Shown: in pieces, positions 10,933 through 21,192 of the stretch | Position numbering within the stretch: position 1 is the stretch's first letter | Layout: every line of letters starts with the position of its first letter | Notes under the pieces: model-generated | Told to the model about the DNA's origin: nothing | What the model saw: only the letters and a program-made list of their open reading frames with translations | The model's database searches: none | NCBI GenBank assembly: GCA_963706955.1 | Contig: CAVPOC010000009.1 | Span: 69,339 to 133,338 of the forward strand | Reading direction: 5' to 3' | Source of the DNA: an uncultured Verrucomicrobiae bacterium | GTDB lineage: Bacteria; Verrucomicrobiota; Verrucomicrobiia; Chthoniobacterales; Terrimicrobiaceae | DNA: 64,000 bases | Program-made: the position numbers and the translations under genes

Positions 10933-11523
10933 TCACTTCCGCTCAGGAGTCGGGACCACGACGTAGTGCATTCCCGCCGCTTTGGCCGCCTGAATTCCCG
11001 TGGGGCTGTCTTCGAATACCAGGCAATCAGGGGCCGGAACTCCGATCCGCCGCGCTGCTTCCAGGAAAGGATCCGGGAATGGTTTTCCCCGTTCGTAGTC
11101 TTCGGCACAAACGACTGCGTCAAAGATTTCGAGGATGCCGATCGCCTTGAGCGTCGCCTCGACCGGTTCGTGATGCCCGCCCGAGGCAATGGCCAACGGC
11201 TTCACTCCGTGCATGCCCATCGCGATTTCGAGCACCGGGATTATCGGCTGCGCATCTCGAACGCCCTCGAGGTAATACGACTCCTTACGCCGGACGGTCT
11301 CTTCCACCTTCAAGGTCAGTCCAAAAGTTTCATTGAGGTGCTCGACAATCACCGCGGTCGGCTTGCCTCCCCATTGGTAGAAAAGCTCTTCGGGAAACTG
11401 ACCACCAAAGTCCTTCATCGCTTGAGTCCACGCCCGGAAGTGGATCGGCATCGTGTCCGCAATTGTTCCGTCGCAGTCGAAAATATATCCGCCAAATTGG
11501 CGCACAGGTATGTCGAGTTTCAT
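10933..11523 (-). CDS. HAD family phosphatase (beta-PGM/YqaB-like)
   Basis: IFDCDGTIADT, GKPFPDPF, VFEDSPTGIQAA. Confidence 0.9.
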   Translation of the reverse strand: MKLDIPVRQFGGYIFDCDGTIADTMPIHFRAWTQAMKDFGGQFPEELFYQWGGKPTAVIVEHLNETFGLTLKVEETVRRKESYYLEGVRDAQPIIPVLEIAMGMHGVKPLAIASGGHHEPVEATLKAIGILEIFDAVVCAEDYERGKPFPDPFLEAARRIGVPAPDCLVFEDSPTGIQAAKAAGMHYVVVPTPERK

Positions 11524-11589
11524 AGGTTTTCGGATAAACGCCGACAGTGTCTTCGTCACGGAGAATCGCAGCGGACTAAACGCCGTGGA

Positions 11590-12351
11590 TCAGGCAACGA
11601 GCACTTGCGTCCCCGGTCGAAGATCAAAAGTCTTTGCCGCATCGCCTCCGTGGATGGCGATCTCGAGCAAGCCTGATGACCCCACCACGGCCAGCGGGCT
11701 GCCCCTCGACACGGCGGAATAAAAGGGCTCGATCGAGACTCTCCGTTCGCCGGGCAGTATCACGGACTGACTCTCGGCCACCTGTTCCCCTGAAAGCGCA
11801 GTGATGGCGTTACCGTAAACATCAACGTAAATAATTTCTGTCTGCCAACCTCGGGCGACCGGAGCCGCACTCGGCCAGTCAAGTCGGTGAAAGTCCTTGA
11901 GTTCAGGTCCGATCTCCGCAAATGGTAGTCCCTGCGCCAACCAAGCGGCTGCCGGAGCGAACAGATCGCGCCCATGAAATGTTGCGCTGAGACGAGGGAG
12001 GCGGATTGCCGGATTTTCGAAGCGGCGAACCTCAAGCGAGCCCTTGTCCTTTACAGCCCAACTTAGCACTCCATTATCAGGTCCGAGGAAGGTCGCCTGA
12101 TCGCATCGAATCGCAATCGCCCTTCGAGGGCTTCCAACACCCGGATCGACGACGACGAGATGAATGGTCCCGGCAGGAAAGAATGGGGCTGCAGTCATCA
12201 GCGCGAAAGCGGCCGCGCGAATGTCGCCCCCTTCGATTTCGTGGGCGAGGTCAACAAGGCGAACCCCTGGAGCTATTCCGAGGATAACGCCCTTCATCGC
12301 TCCGACGAACGAATCCCGTCGCCCGAAATCCGTCGTCAGAGTGATGATCAT
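11590..12351 (-). CDS. SAM hydroxide adenosyltransferase (DUF62, chlorinase/fluorinase superfamily)
   Basis: [42 protein letters not shown]. Confidence 0.92.
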   Translation of the reverse strand: MIITLTTDFGRRDSFVGAMKGVILGIAPGVRLVDLAHEIEGGDIRAAAFALMTAAPFFPAGTIHLVVVDPGVGSPRRAIAIRCDQATFLGPDNGVLSWAVKDKGSLEVRRFENPAIRLPRLSATFHGRDLFAPAAAWLAQGLPFAEIGPELKDFHRLDWPSAAPVARGWQTEIIYVDVYGNAITALSGEQVAESQSVILPGERRVSIEPFYSAVSRGSPLAVVGSSGLLEIAIHGGDAAKTFDLRPGTQVLVA

Positions 12352-12914
12352 CTAAAATTGAGAAAGTTTCTCAGGAGATTTTTCCCTTCAGAGGTAAGGA
12401 TTGATTCCGGATGAAATTGGACACCGAAGACCGGGTGCTCGACATGCGCCAAACCCATGATCTCGTCCTCCTCAGTCCATGCAGTGATCTTCAAGCACTC
12501 GGGAAGGCTGTGTCGGCGCACCACCAGGGAATGGTAGCGGGTCGCTTCAAACGGCTTGGGTAATCCGGAAAAGACGTTCTCACCATCATGGTAGATTTTT
12601 GACGTTTTGCCATGCATGAGGCGATCGGCCCGCACAATCTCACCACCATAAACCTGACCGATGCTCTGATGGCCGAGACAGACGCCCAATGTGGGTCTGG
12701 TTGATCCGAATCGGGCGATCACATCACAGCTGATCCCGGCTTCGTTCGGCGTGCACGGTCCCGGGGAGACGACGATCCTCTCGGGGTTCATCTCCTCAAT
12801 TTGATCGAGTGTCACTTGATCATTTCTGTAAACGACAACCTCGGTGCCAAGTTCGCCAAAGTATTGAACGAGGTTATAGGTGAACGAATCGTAGTTATCG
12901 ATGACAAGAAGCAT
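12348..12914 (-). CDS. trpG: Anthranilate synthase component II (glutamine amidotransferase)
   Basis: [36 protein letters not shown]. Confidence 0.95.
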   Translation of the reverse strand: MLLVIDNYDSFTYNLVQYFGELGTEVVVYRNDQVTLDQIEEMNPERIVVSPGPCTPNEAGISCDVIARFGSTRPTLGVCLGHQSIGQVYGGEIVRADRLMHGKTSKIYHDGENVFSGLPKPFEATRYHSLVVRRHSLPECLKITAWTEEDEIMGLAHVEHPVFGVQFHPESILTSEGKNLLRNFLNFR

Positions 12915-12915
12915 T

Positions 12916-14403
12916 CTAAGACTTTCGGGCACGATCAATGGCTCGCATCGCGGCCATCGCTTTGTTCAAGCTTTCCTGATATTCGCCCTCAGGCGTTGAG
13001 TCCGCAACCACTCCCCCGCCAGCCTGAATATACGCCTTTCCGCTCTTCAGCAGAACGGTCCGCAGGGCGATGCACGAATCGAGATTTCCATCGAAGCCAA
13101 AATAGCCGACCGCTCCCGCATACGTGCAGCGTTTGCTCTTTTCGAGCTCGTTGATGATTTGCATGGCTCGGACTTTCGGTGATCCGGAAACTGTTCCGGC
13201 AGGGAACGTCGCTCGCATCACATCATAAGCAGTCCGGCCGCCCGAGAGCTTTCCAGAAACATGGGAGACAATGTGCATCACGTGGCTGTATCGCTCAATC
13301 GTCATGAAATCTGTCACTTTCACGCTGCCGTAGTCAGCGATACGACCGACATCGTTGCGCGCCAGATCGACCAGCATCAGATGCTCGGCCCGTTCCTTCG
13401 GATCCGCGAGCAAGTCGGCGGCGTTGGCCTCATCTTCTTGCGTGGTCAACCCGCGCTTGCGAGTGCCGGCGATCGGGCGAATCTCCACGAGATCGCCCGT
13501 CAGGCGCACGTGCACCTCGGGCGAGCTTCCCACCAGCGAATACCCTTCCGGAAAGCGCAGGCAAAACATGTAGGGCGACGGGTTGATAAACCGTAATGTC
13601 CGGTAAAGATCAAGCGCGTCCCCGGCGAACTCGGTCTCGAATCGCTGTGCGGGGACCATTTGAAAAATGTCCCCGGCGCGAATGTACTCTCGAGCGCGAC
13701 TGACCATCTGGTGGTATTCCTCGCGGGTCGTGTTGCTCGCGGCCTTACCGCGGGGAGGCTCGCTCTGTGTGAAAATCGGCACGAAAGCAATTGGACGCGC
13801 CAGCTTGTCGAGGATCGCCTCGATTTCGCGGCTCGCCTCATCGTAGGCCGCCGCCCACCCGGCTGAATCAACGAACGCGTTCGCAACTATTTTCAATCTG
13901 CGGCGACGATGATCGAAAATCACAACCGTTCCCGTCACGAGAAAGAACATGTCGGGGATGCCCAGATCGTCATTCCGCGGCGGCGCAACGGTCGGCTCGA
14001 ACCACCGGACGCAGTCATATCCGAGATAACCGACCGCACCTCCATAAAATCCCGGAAGATTTTCCGCCGGCGCAATGCGATAGCTCCGCATGATCTTTTC
14101 CAGCTCATCGAGCGGATCGCGTGCGGCTTCGAAGCTCTGAACTTGACCATTCTGGGTTACAGTGACGGTCTTGTTTCGCGCCGAGATCATGATTCTAGCA
14201 CCAGCGCCAAGAAACGAATGCCGGCCGACCTGATCAGTTTGCTCCGCGGATTCCAGCAGAAAGGAAGGCGCATCTCCTCCGATCTTCGCGAAGGTGGAAA
14301 TGGGGGTATCCCCATCCGCGACAATTTCCGTCCAAATCGGAACCACGTTGGCGGTCGCCGCCTGCTCCGCGAAGACAGAGCGGGACGGGCTCAACGGAAT
14401 CAT
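12916..14403 (-). CDS. trpE: Anthranilate synthase component I
   Basis: [46 protein letters not shown]. Confidence 0.95.
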   Translation of the reverse strand: MIPLSPSRSVFAEQAATANVVPIWTEIVADGDTPISTFAKIGGDAPSFLLESAEQTDQVGRHSFLGAGARIMISARNKTVTVTQNGQVQSFEAARDPLDELEKIMRSYRIAPAENLPGFYGGAVGYLGYDCVRWFEPTVAPPRNDDLGIPDMFFLVTGTVVIFDHRRRRLKIVANAFVDSAGWAAAYDEASREIEAILDKLARPIAFVPIFTQSEPPRGKAASNTTREEYHQMVSRAREYIRAGDIFQMVPAQRFETEFAGDALDLYRTLRFINPSPYMFCLRFPEGYSLVGSSPEVHVRLTGDLVEIRPIAGTRKRGLTTQEDEANAADLLADPKERAEHLMLVDLARNDVGRIADYGSVKVTDFMTIERYSHVMHIVSHVSGKLSGGRTAYDVMRATFPAGTVSGSPKVRAMQIINELEKSKRCTYAGAVGYFGFDGNLDSCIALRTVLLKSGKAYIQAGGGVVADSTPEGEYQESLNKAMAAMRAIDRARKS

Positions 14404-15002
14404 GTCAGCGAAACCTTCGAGCCGGCCTGTTCTGGGAGGGCCTCCATCTGGAAAAGTTCCGCCGCAGCGAACCCGAACATGCTCGCGACGATGTTCGCGG
14501 GAAAGACTTCGCGCCGGACGTTGTAAATCATGACGGCATCGTTATAGGCTTCACACGCGAAAGAAATCTTGTTCTCCAGCGCAGTTAACTCTTTGCCAAT
14601 CCGGGACAGATTTGGATCTGCGTTGAGCCCGGGATCGGTTTCCGCCAAGGCAAAGAAGGACTCCAGTGCATCCTTCAATCTCGCCTCTGCGGCGATCAGA
14701 CCCCTGATCGCTTGCGGATGACCAGGGTTTGCCGACGCCTTGGCCGCCGTCGAGTAGGCCGAATTCCTGGCCGAAATGACCGCGTCGAGCGTTTCCCGGT
14801 CGTCCTCGAGGTAGTCCTTGGTGCGTTCGACCAGATTTACAATCAAGTCGTAACGCACCTTGAGTTGCCCATCGATTTGCGAAAAGCCGTTCTTGTAGCG
14901 GTTTCGAAGAGCCACCAGGGTATTGTATTGGCCAACGGCAAACAATGCGAAAAGTCCCAAGCCGCCCGCGCTCGCGACCAGGATAACCAATGCCATTCCC
15001 AT
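14400..15002 (-). CDS. lemA: LemA family protein
   Basis: N-terminal TM then YNTLVALRN..FSQID.QL..RYDLI.NLV; ENKISF...YNDAV..YN...EVFPANIVA. Confidence 0.9.
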   Translation of the reverse strand: MGMALVILVASAGGLGLFALFAVGQYNTLVALRNRYKNGFSQIDGQLKVRYDLIVNLVERTKDYLEDDRETLDAVISARNSAYSTAAKASANPGHPQAIRGLIAAEARLKDALESFFALAETDPGLNADPNLSRIGKELTALENKISFACEAYNDAVMIYNVRREVFPANIVASMFGFAAAELFQMEALPEQAGSKVSLT

Positions 15003-15162
15003 GATTAGAGAGTGCTCACCTTCTTTCTCCCGCGCAACCGAGAAATCCTTCTACGACTGGGAGCACGTTGTCTGACCTTCTCATCTTCATCTACAAGACG
15101 TGCCCTGGAATAAGCCAGCTGCCCCGCGAGTCTACCCTAAGGGCAATTTGCTCTGCGAGAGT

Positions 15163-15549
15163 TCAATAATGGATCAGTTCAATCCCGAAAGGCTGTAGAA
15201 AGTGATAAGCGGAAAACACGGCCGCGACCACGCCCAGCGAAATGAAGGCGTGGACGACAGTTTTGTTCCAAATCGAATACAACGAAAGCGCGAAAGAGAG
15301 TGACAAGAGCGCAAGTGGCGCCAGGTGCAATGCGGAAGCTAATAGAGGAATGTGGCGCAAAGCTCTCAAGAGCCACTCGTTCAACGGAACGGGAAGAAGC
15401 CTTACATAAATTCCGGGTGAGACGATCCACGTGCCAAAGGATTCATAATAGAAGCGCTCGGGACCCTTCCAAAGAATATAGGTGAGAATCGCCATCGCTG
15501 TGAACGCGACCACTCCCCAAGGTTTAATCACCCTTTTCGCCAGACGCAT
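15163..15549 (-). CDS. Hypothetical membrane protein
   Basis: Three hydrophobic segments; start uncertain; no family recognised. Confidence 0.5.
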   Translation of the reverse strand: MRLAKRVIKPWGVVAFTAMAILTYILWKGPERFYYESFGTWIVSPGIYVRLLPVPLNEWLLRALRHIPLLASALHLAPLALLSLSFALSLYSIWNKTVVHAFISLGVVAAVFSAYHFLQPFGIELIHY

Positions 15550-15775
15550 GAATACTACGGATACCTGCAATGCGCTGAGACCGCAACCGGTTTCCCGCTG
15601 GTCGCAGGCGGGGTCGTCTCGATGTCTCTGTCGGTGATGAACAAATCTCCCGACAGGTGCGCAAGATGGCTTCGATGCTTGCACACCTCTCGCGGAGACG
15701 CGCACTCCCCCCATCAAGGGTCAACGCCAAATCGACTGGGCCACGAGGCGCCGGTAATCCCAGCCAAAATTCGCG

Positions 15776-16291
15776 CTACTCTCTTGCGCGTAGTCTATGA
15801 TTGGTTGTGACAGCGATCGGTGATCGCAGTGTCTGAAGAACTACGCAGTAGCGTTCCGTTAGTTCAATTAGCTTCGATACTGTCGTAGGATCTGCCGCGG
15901 TATCGATAAGAATGTGCAGGCGGATCGCCCGAAAGCCGACCGGAGCGTCTTGGGCAACGGCCAGAGTGCCGCGAAAATCGAGGTCGCCCTCGGCCAAAAT
16001 TTTTGCCTCTCGCAGAGGGATCCCGAGGGAAGTGGCGACCGCTCGCAGCGTAACTCCGGCGCAGGCTACCAGCGCCTGGAGAAGCATGTCTCCCGAGCAG
16101 GCTTGCGAACCGTCTCCACCCGCCGCCTGATGCAGACCTGCGTCGACTAGAGCTCGGCCCACCTCGAGCCTGCAGGAAACTCCTTCTGATGCCAAACCTT
16201 CGGCGTGGAGCGTGACGACAGCACTGCCGGGGTCGTCCCGGTATTTTGCTTTAAGCGGTGCTTGGAGAGCCTTCAAGCGTTCCTTATCCAT
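15776..16291 (-). CDS. OsmC family protein
   Basis: CSGDMLLQALVACAGVT, EGDLDFRGTL, TERYCVV. Confidence 0.9.
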   Translation of the reverse strand: MDKERLKALQAPLKAKYRDDPGSAVVTLHAEGLASEGVSCRLEVGRALVDAGLHQAAGGDGSQACSGDMLLQALVACAGVTLRAVATSLGIPLREAKILAEGDLDFRGTLAVAQDAPVGFRAIRLHILIDTAADPTTVSKLIELTERYCVVLQTLRSPIAVTTNHRLRARE

Positions 16292-16308
16292 GTGCTAGGA
16301 AAGTGTGC

Positions 16309-16863
16309 CTAAAGTTTGCGTCCATAGAGAAAGCAGCTCTTCTCGTGATCATTGACTAGACCTGTGGCTTGCATGAAGGCGTAGCATATCGTCGTTCCAA
16401 CAAACTTGAAACCGCGTCGCGAGAGATCCTTGCTCATGGCATCTGATTGTGAGGTCCGCGTCGGCAGTTCGCGCGATGAGCGAGTGTTCAGGATTGGGTG
16501 CCCGTTGACGAACCTCCAGATGTAGGCATTAAAACTGCCGAATTCTTCTTGCACCGTCAGGAACGCACGAGCATTCGTAATCGCCGCCTTTATCTTGAGA
16601 CGATTGCGAACGATTCCGGGGTTCGCGAGCAAACACTTCTCACGCGCACTGTCATAATGAGCGACAATCTGCGGATCGAAACTAGCAAACGCTTCGCGAT
16701 AGTTTTGTCTCTTCTTCAAGATCGTTTCCCAGCTAAGCCCAGCCTGGGCTCCCTCGAGAATCAAAAATTCGAAAAGCATGCGGTCGTCGTGCTGTGGGCG
16801 GCCCCACTCCTGATCATGGTAGGCGATCATTAGCTGGGACTCCGCCCAACGGCACCGTTTCAT
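16309..16863 (-). CDS. tag: DNA-3-methyladenine glycosylase I
   Basis: RCRWA, YHDQEWG, LEGAQAGLSW, IVRNRLKI, GLVNDH..SC. Confidence 0.95.
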   Translation of the reverse strand: MKRCRWAESQLMIAYHDQEWGRPQHDDRMLFEFLILEGAQAGLSWETILKKRQNYREAFASFDPQIVAHYDSAREKCLLANPGIVRNRLKIKAAITNARAFLTVQEEFGSFNAYIWRFVNGHPILNTRSSRELPTRTSQSDAMSKDLSRRGFKFVGTTICYAFMQATGLVNDHEKSCFLYGRKL

Positions 16864-16876
16864 CTGCCAGGGCTGA

Positions 16877-18607
16877 TCAGCTCGCCGAAACAAAGCGCAG
16901 GGCGGGCGATGTGATCGGCTGTTCCTGAGGGAACTCACTTAGCGAGAGTGAGCGGATAAGGTCCTTCGTCGCCGGAATGAGCGGAGGTGCGATGCTAAGT
17001 CCGCGGAATCCCAGTCGAAGAAGCGAAGGGATCGCCTCTTCGCGGCCGCCAAGTTCACCGCAAATGGTCACTGACTTGTCGCCGGCTTCTTGGATGATAA
17101 TGCCAAGCAATCGTAATAGCGCCGGATGATCGTCAATGTAGTATTCGCTCACCGTGGCGTCATCACGCCCTACTGCCAGTGTATATTGGGTGAGGTCGTT
17201 TGTTCCAATGCAGAGAAAATCCGCATGGCGCGCAATATCAGCCACCGTCAGGGCAGCCGAGGGCGTCTCGATCATCGCTCCAAGTGGCGGCAGGTTGTCG
17301 TGCCCCATCTCACGAGCGGTGGCTTCCAGAAGCTCTCGAATTTTGCACATGTCACGCTCGAGCGCGATCATCGGAACCAGGATGCGTATCGCCTGCTGTT
17401 GGGAGAGTTTCAAGAGAGCCCTAAGTTGCGTCTCCACCAACTGCGGAAAGGCTAGCAAAAGACGCACGCCCCGCTTTCCCAACAACGGGTTCGGCTCCGG
17501 GCGCATCCGCAAGGAGGGGAGCGGCTTGTCGCCGCCCATGTCCAACAGACGGATCGTAACTGGTCGATCAGCGAGAGGTCCAAGCACAGTTTCAAGGTCG
17601 CTAAAAAGCTCCTCCTCCGTGGGGAGAAGCTCTCGCGCCATGTACAACTGCTCGATTCTAAAAAGGCCGACGCCATCGGCGCCGTTTTCGAGGACCATCT
17701 CGATATCGTCGTGAGCGCCGATGTTTGCCTCGACAGAGACAGCCTGTCCATCGAGAGTTATTGCCGGCGCCCGGCAGTCGCCCTTGGAGCGAGAAGAGCT
17801 TGCTCGATGACTCTCGAGGCGCTGCTCAAACGTCTGACGGGTCTCCTCGGTTGGAGAAATAACCACAACCGCCGCAAACGCATCAACGAGCAGGATCTCC
17901 CCATTCTCGATTTGCCCGAGCAAATCAGGCAGTTCTGCGATGACCGGAATGCCCTTCTCCCGCGCCAGCAACGCGGCGTGCGAACCCTGGCCCAGCGACT
18001 CGACCAAAATTGCCGCCACATCGCGTCGGGAAAGCGAGACGACATCCGAAGGCAACAATCGCTGCGTGACAAGCACGCTGGCAGCCGGCATCGACGCAAG
18101 GCCGAAGACATCGACTCCCTCGAGTCGGCGCAGGACGCGGCGCGCCAAATCCAGAATGTCATCCGCTCGCACACGAAAGGCCTCGCTTTCGAGGGCCGCG
18201 AATTTCCCTTCCCACCTGCGAAAAACGCTCCTGACAACCTGAGCTGCGGTAAAAAGCGAGGTGCGCAGTTCGGATTCGAATTCGTTGGACGATAGAAAGC
18301 TGTCCAGCATCATTTGGTGAGCATGGAAAATGTCTGCCAGTTTGGGATCGAACTGCTCACTGATGCGCCGCGCGGATTCTTCGAGCTCCGTCCTCACGTC
18401 CAGGAATGCTCCGCGAATCCGATCCATTTCTGTCTCGATCTGCTCCGAATTGATCTTCAAGGCCTGCGCGCTGCATTCGAGAATGTCTCCTGCTACCCAG
18501 GCAGTCCCTATGGCAAGACCGGGGGAGATGCGGCTTCCAAGTAGACTTCTCTCTTCACGAGGTCGGTCTGGCAATTCGGTTGAACTGAGCGCTGATGGGG
18601 AGTCCAC
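16877..18607 (-). CDS. ptsP: Phosphoenolpyruvate-protein phosphotransferase (PTS Enzyme I)
   Basis: SPGLAIG, GSHAALLARE phospho-His, GVGLFRIE, IRLLDMGGDK, MIETP, GTNDLTQY, CGE. Confidence 0.92.
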   Translation of the reverse strand: MDSPSALSSTELPDRPREERSLLGSRISPGLAIGTAWVAGDILECSAQALKINSEQIETEMDRIRGAFLDVRTELEESARRISEQFDPKLADIFHAHQMMLDSFLSSNEFESELRTSLFTAAQVVRSVFRRWEGKFAALESEAFRVRADDILDLARRVLRRLEGVDVFGLASMPAASVLVTQRLLPSDVVSLSRRDVAAILVESLGQGSHAALLAREKGIPVIAELPDLLGQIENGEILLVDAFAAVVVISPTEETRQTFEQRLESHRASSSRSKGDCRAPAITLDGQAVSVEANIGAHDDIEMVLENGADGVGLFRIEQLYMARELLPTEEELFSDLETVLGPLADRPVTIRLLDMGGDKPLPSLRMRPEPNPLLGKRGVRLLLAFPQLVETQLRALLKLSQQQAIRILVPMIALERDMCKIRELLEATAREMGHDNLPPLGAMIETPSAALTVADIARHADFLCIGTNDLTQYTLAVGRDDATVSEYYIDDHPALLRLLGIIIQEAGDKSVTICGELGGREEAIPSLLRLGFRGLSIAPPLIPATKDLIRSLSLSEFPQEQPITSPALRFVSAS

Positions 18608-18702
18608 TTGACAGAATCATCGCTCATTGCCACGTCGCAGGCAACTCTGGCCGAAGCCACTAACGTCGCCAAACGTGAGGACTTGGAAAATCCTGCGTCG
18701 AG

Positions 18703-19158
18703 CTAGTAGTTCGGCCAAACCCCTGGCGTGAGCAACTCGAGAAGATGGCCGTCGGGATCCCGAAAATAGATGCTGGTGCCTCCATTCGGCCAGGTAAGAC
18801 TGCTCTCGATGGGGATGTGCTTTTCCTCGAGTCGTGCCCTCCATGCAGACAAACTCGCCGCGGGAACGCCGAAACCGAGATGCGCCTGGCCGCTCGTGCC
18901 GTGGGCCGGAATTGTTCCGAAAGGCATGACCGTTCCCTCGGGATCGCTGCCACGAGCAAAGAGCAGCAGGACTTGGGAATTGCCAACCTTGAAGGCGCAG
19001 AAGCGCTCATCGGAGTTCATGACCGAATAGCCAAACAAGTCCGCGTAAAATACCATGGATCGATTCAGGTCTTCCACGTGGAGACAAGTTTCCACGATCG
19101 TGCTCGGGAGGACGGATGTTGGTTGATCCGCTAAACTCGAGTCCTGGGTCATGTTCAT
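18703..19158 (-). CDS. VOC (glyoxalase/bleomycin resistance) family protein
   Basis: ETCLHVEDL..S..FY, HLGF, SIYFRDPDGHLLEL. Confidence 0.9.
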   Translation of the reverse strand: MNMTQDSSLADQPTSVLPSTIVETCLHVEDLNRSMVFYADLFGYSVMNSDERFCAFKVGNSQVLLLFARGSDPEGTVMPFGTIPAHGTSGQAHLGFGVPAASLSAWRARLEEKHIPIESSLTWPNGGTSIYFRDPDGHLLELLTPGVWPNY

Positions 19159-19253
19159 CCCCTACTCTTCTTTCGCCTTGCCCAAGAATCAACCGGCCTC
19201 GTCTGGAAAAGTTGAGCATGGACCTTTCCTAGCCGATTAGCGGCGGCGATGCC

Positions 19254-19688
19254 TTATCGTTTGAGACCCAGGAGGAAGATGCCAGCTGTCACCAAGAGAA
19301 TGCCAATCCATTCTCGAGCGACGAGTCGCTCTCCCAGGAAGGCGAAAGCGAAAACTGCCACGAGGATTACACTAAGCTTATCAACTGCCGCGACCTTGGC
19401 TGTCGCACCGATTTGCAGCGCACGAAAATAGCAGACCCAGGAAGCCCCGGTCGCCACAGCAGATAGAACAAGGAAAGTCCAGGTTTTCGCAGATAGCGCG
19501 AACGGGTTGCTCCACTTGCCCGTGAGTGAGACGAAAGCGGAAAGAAGCACGATGATGACGGCGGTGCGGATGAGAGTGGCAAGGTCCGAGTCGACTTCCC
19601 GAATCCCAATCTTCGCGAAGACCGCGGTCAGCGCGGCAAATACCGCCGAAAGGAGTGCCCAGAAAAACCAGTTCGCCGGATGAGGCAT
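19254..19688 (-). CDS. EamA family transporter (single repeat)
   Basis: WALLSAVFAALTAVFAKIG, ATLIRT, SWVCYFRALQ, DKLSV. Confidence 0.9.
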   Translation of the reverse strand: MPHPANWFFWALLSAVFAALTAVFAKIGIREVDSDLATLIRTAVIIVLLSAFVSLTGKWSNPFALSAKTWTFLVLSAVATGASWVCYFRALQIGATAKVAAVDKLSVILVAVFAFAFLGERLVAREWIGILLVTAGIFLLGLKR

Positions 19689-19782
19689 GGCATCCACTCT
19701 GACCCGAGACTCATCAGCGTCAAACAACATCGGAATCGCGAAGCGTCTAAGCGCATGCAGCATCAAGAATTGTTCCAGTAGT

Positions 19783-20090
19783 CTTCACGGTGACGGCACG
19801 GTCATCGCGCTCTTCGATGGTGAAGCCCCCGACCTCGACGGCAAGCCCGCAACACTTACGGCTCGTCGAGATGAGCGGTTTCGTCAGCCGGGCGTTGAAA
19901 GGCTTGATAACCGTACCGTGGAACTCGTCGCGCCTGTTGTCGGTCTTCGCGAACCAAGGAGCTGCGTGATCGTCCAGGAGGCGTCGGGCGTCAGCAGGCG
20001 AAGGGCCTCCGGTGCACCACGCCAGGCATCGAATGCGGCCTGAACGGCGGCTTTGCTTTTCGCCTGCGGTCTCCATCTCGCGGCGGACAA
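19783..20090 (-). pseudogene. Degraded SnoaL/NTF2-like gene with frameshifts and an inverted internal segment
   Basis: Minus strand gives KAAVQAAFDAWR..LLTPDASWTI and VIKPFNARLTKPLI; the expected continuation DGTVIALFDGEA..DGKP..RNTY lies on the plus strand at about 19785-19860. Confidence 0.7.
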
Positions 20091-20175
20091 TTGTTCGAAC
20101 CCGGCAAACGCGAGAAACCGCAGAGCAGGACTTGGAGATGGAGATTATCGGATGGAGGGACAAAGATCTTCGCGA

Positions 20176-21030
20176 TCAATGGACGGCCACGTCGTCATGA
20201 TCGGTGCTCGTGATGACATCGTGCCATTCGGCGATTTCCTTTTCGAAGGCCTCGGTCTTCTCGCGATAGTGCTTGAGCGTGTCGTTGCCCAGCGGAAGGT
20301 GCACGGGAGGCTTAGGCGAGGCCGCGAGCCGAACGATGGCGGCAGCCAGCTTAACCGGATCACCCGGCTGGTTGTAGCTGACCTTGGCGGCATTTTCGCG
20401 CATGGCACCGGCGGTTTCCGCGTAGTCTGTGATGACCTTTTCCGCGCGGACAAGGGAAGCGCCGTCGAGAAAGTTGGTCCGGAAATAGCCGGGTTCGACC
20501 GTCGTCGCAAAGATGCCAAGCGGGGCCAGTTCCTTAGCTAGAGCTTCGGTAATGCCTTCGACGGCGAACTTTGTGGAGCAGTAGATTCCCCAACCCGCCG
20601 AGCCGGTGAGGCCGCCAACCGACGAAAAGTTAATGACGTGGCCGGAGCGCTGGCGGCGCATGTGGGGCAGAACCGCGCGTGTGACCTTCAGCAGACCGAA
20701 GACATTGGTTTCATAAACGCGCCGCGCTTCTTGGTCGCTGATCTCCTCCACGCCGCCGAGAAGGCCGAAGCCGGCGTTGTTGGCCAGCACGTCGATGGAG
20801 CCGAATTTTGCCACAGTTTCGCCCGCGACTTGCATGCCTTGGAGTTCGTCATTGATGTCCAGGATGGCGACGTGGACGTTCGGATGATGGTCGAGTTTGG
20901 CGGCGAGATCCTCCGGATTGCTTCGCACTGTGCCAACGACCTTGTCGCCGCTGGCGAGGACGGCCTTGCTGATTTCTAGTCCGAAGCCGCGTGAGGCTCC
21001 GGTGATAATCCATGTTTTCGTCTTTTTCAT
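20176..21030 (-). CDS. Short-chain dehydrogenase/reductase
   Basis: TGASRGFG, NNAGFG, YCSTK (YxxxK), EPGYFRT. Confidence 0.93.
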   Translation of the reverse strand: MKKTKTWIITGASRGFGLEISKAVLASGDKVVGTVRSNPEDLAAKLDHHPNVHVAILDINDELQGMQVAGETVAKFGSIDVLANNAGFGLLGGVEEISDQEARRVYETNVFGLLKVTRAVLPHMRRQRSGHVINFSSVGGLTGSAGWGIYCSTKFAVEGITEALAKELAPLGIFATTVEPGYFRTNFLDGASLVRAEKVITDYAETAGAMRENAAKVSYNQPGDPVKLAAAIVRLAASPKPPVHLPLGNDTLKHYREKTEAFEKEIAEWHDVITSTDHDDVAVH

Positions 21031-21192
21031 ACGTTGCTTGTGGCGGTCGTTAAGGCGTTTAGCGAGCCATTTGGCACCGCCTGTCGCACGCCTGACGCGC
21101 TAACTTAAAAAGGTTAGACTTAGCGAAGGCATCCTCAGGGGCGCGCTCCGACTTTTAGCTTTTGGATACCGGTCGCATAGTCAGATGCTGCC

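Noticed and set aside
11590..12351. Fluorinase/chlorinase acting with the PKS cluster
   Set aside because: It has the Asp/Arg/His pattern (VDPGVG..RR, TFHGRD) of DUF62 SAM hydrolases and sits in the trp run, not the PKS operon
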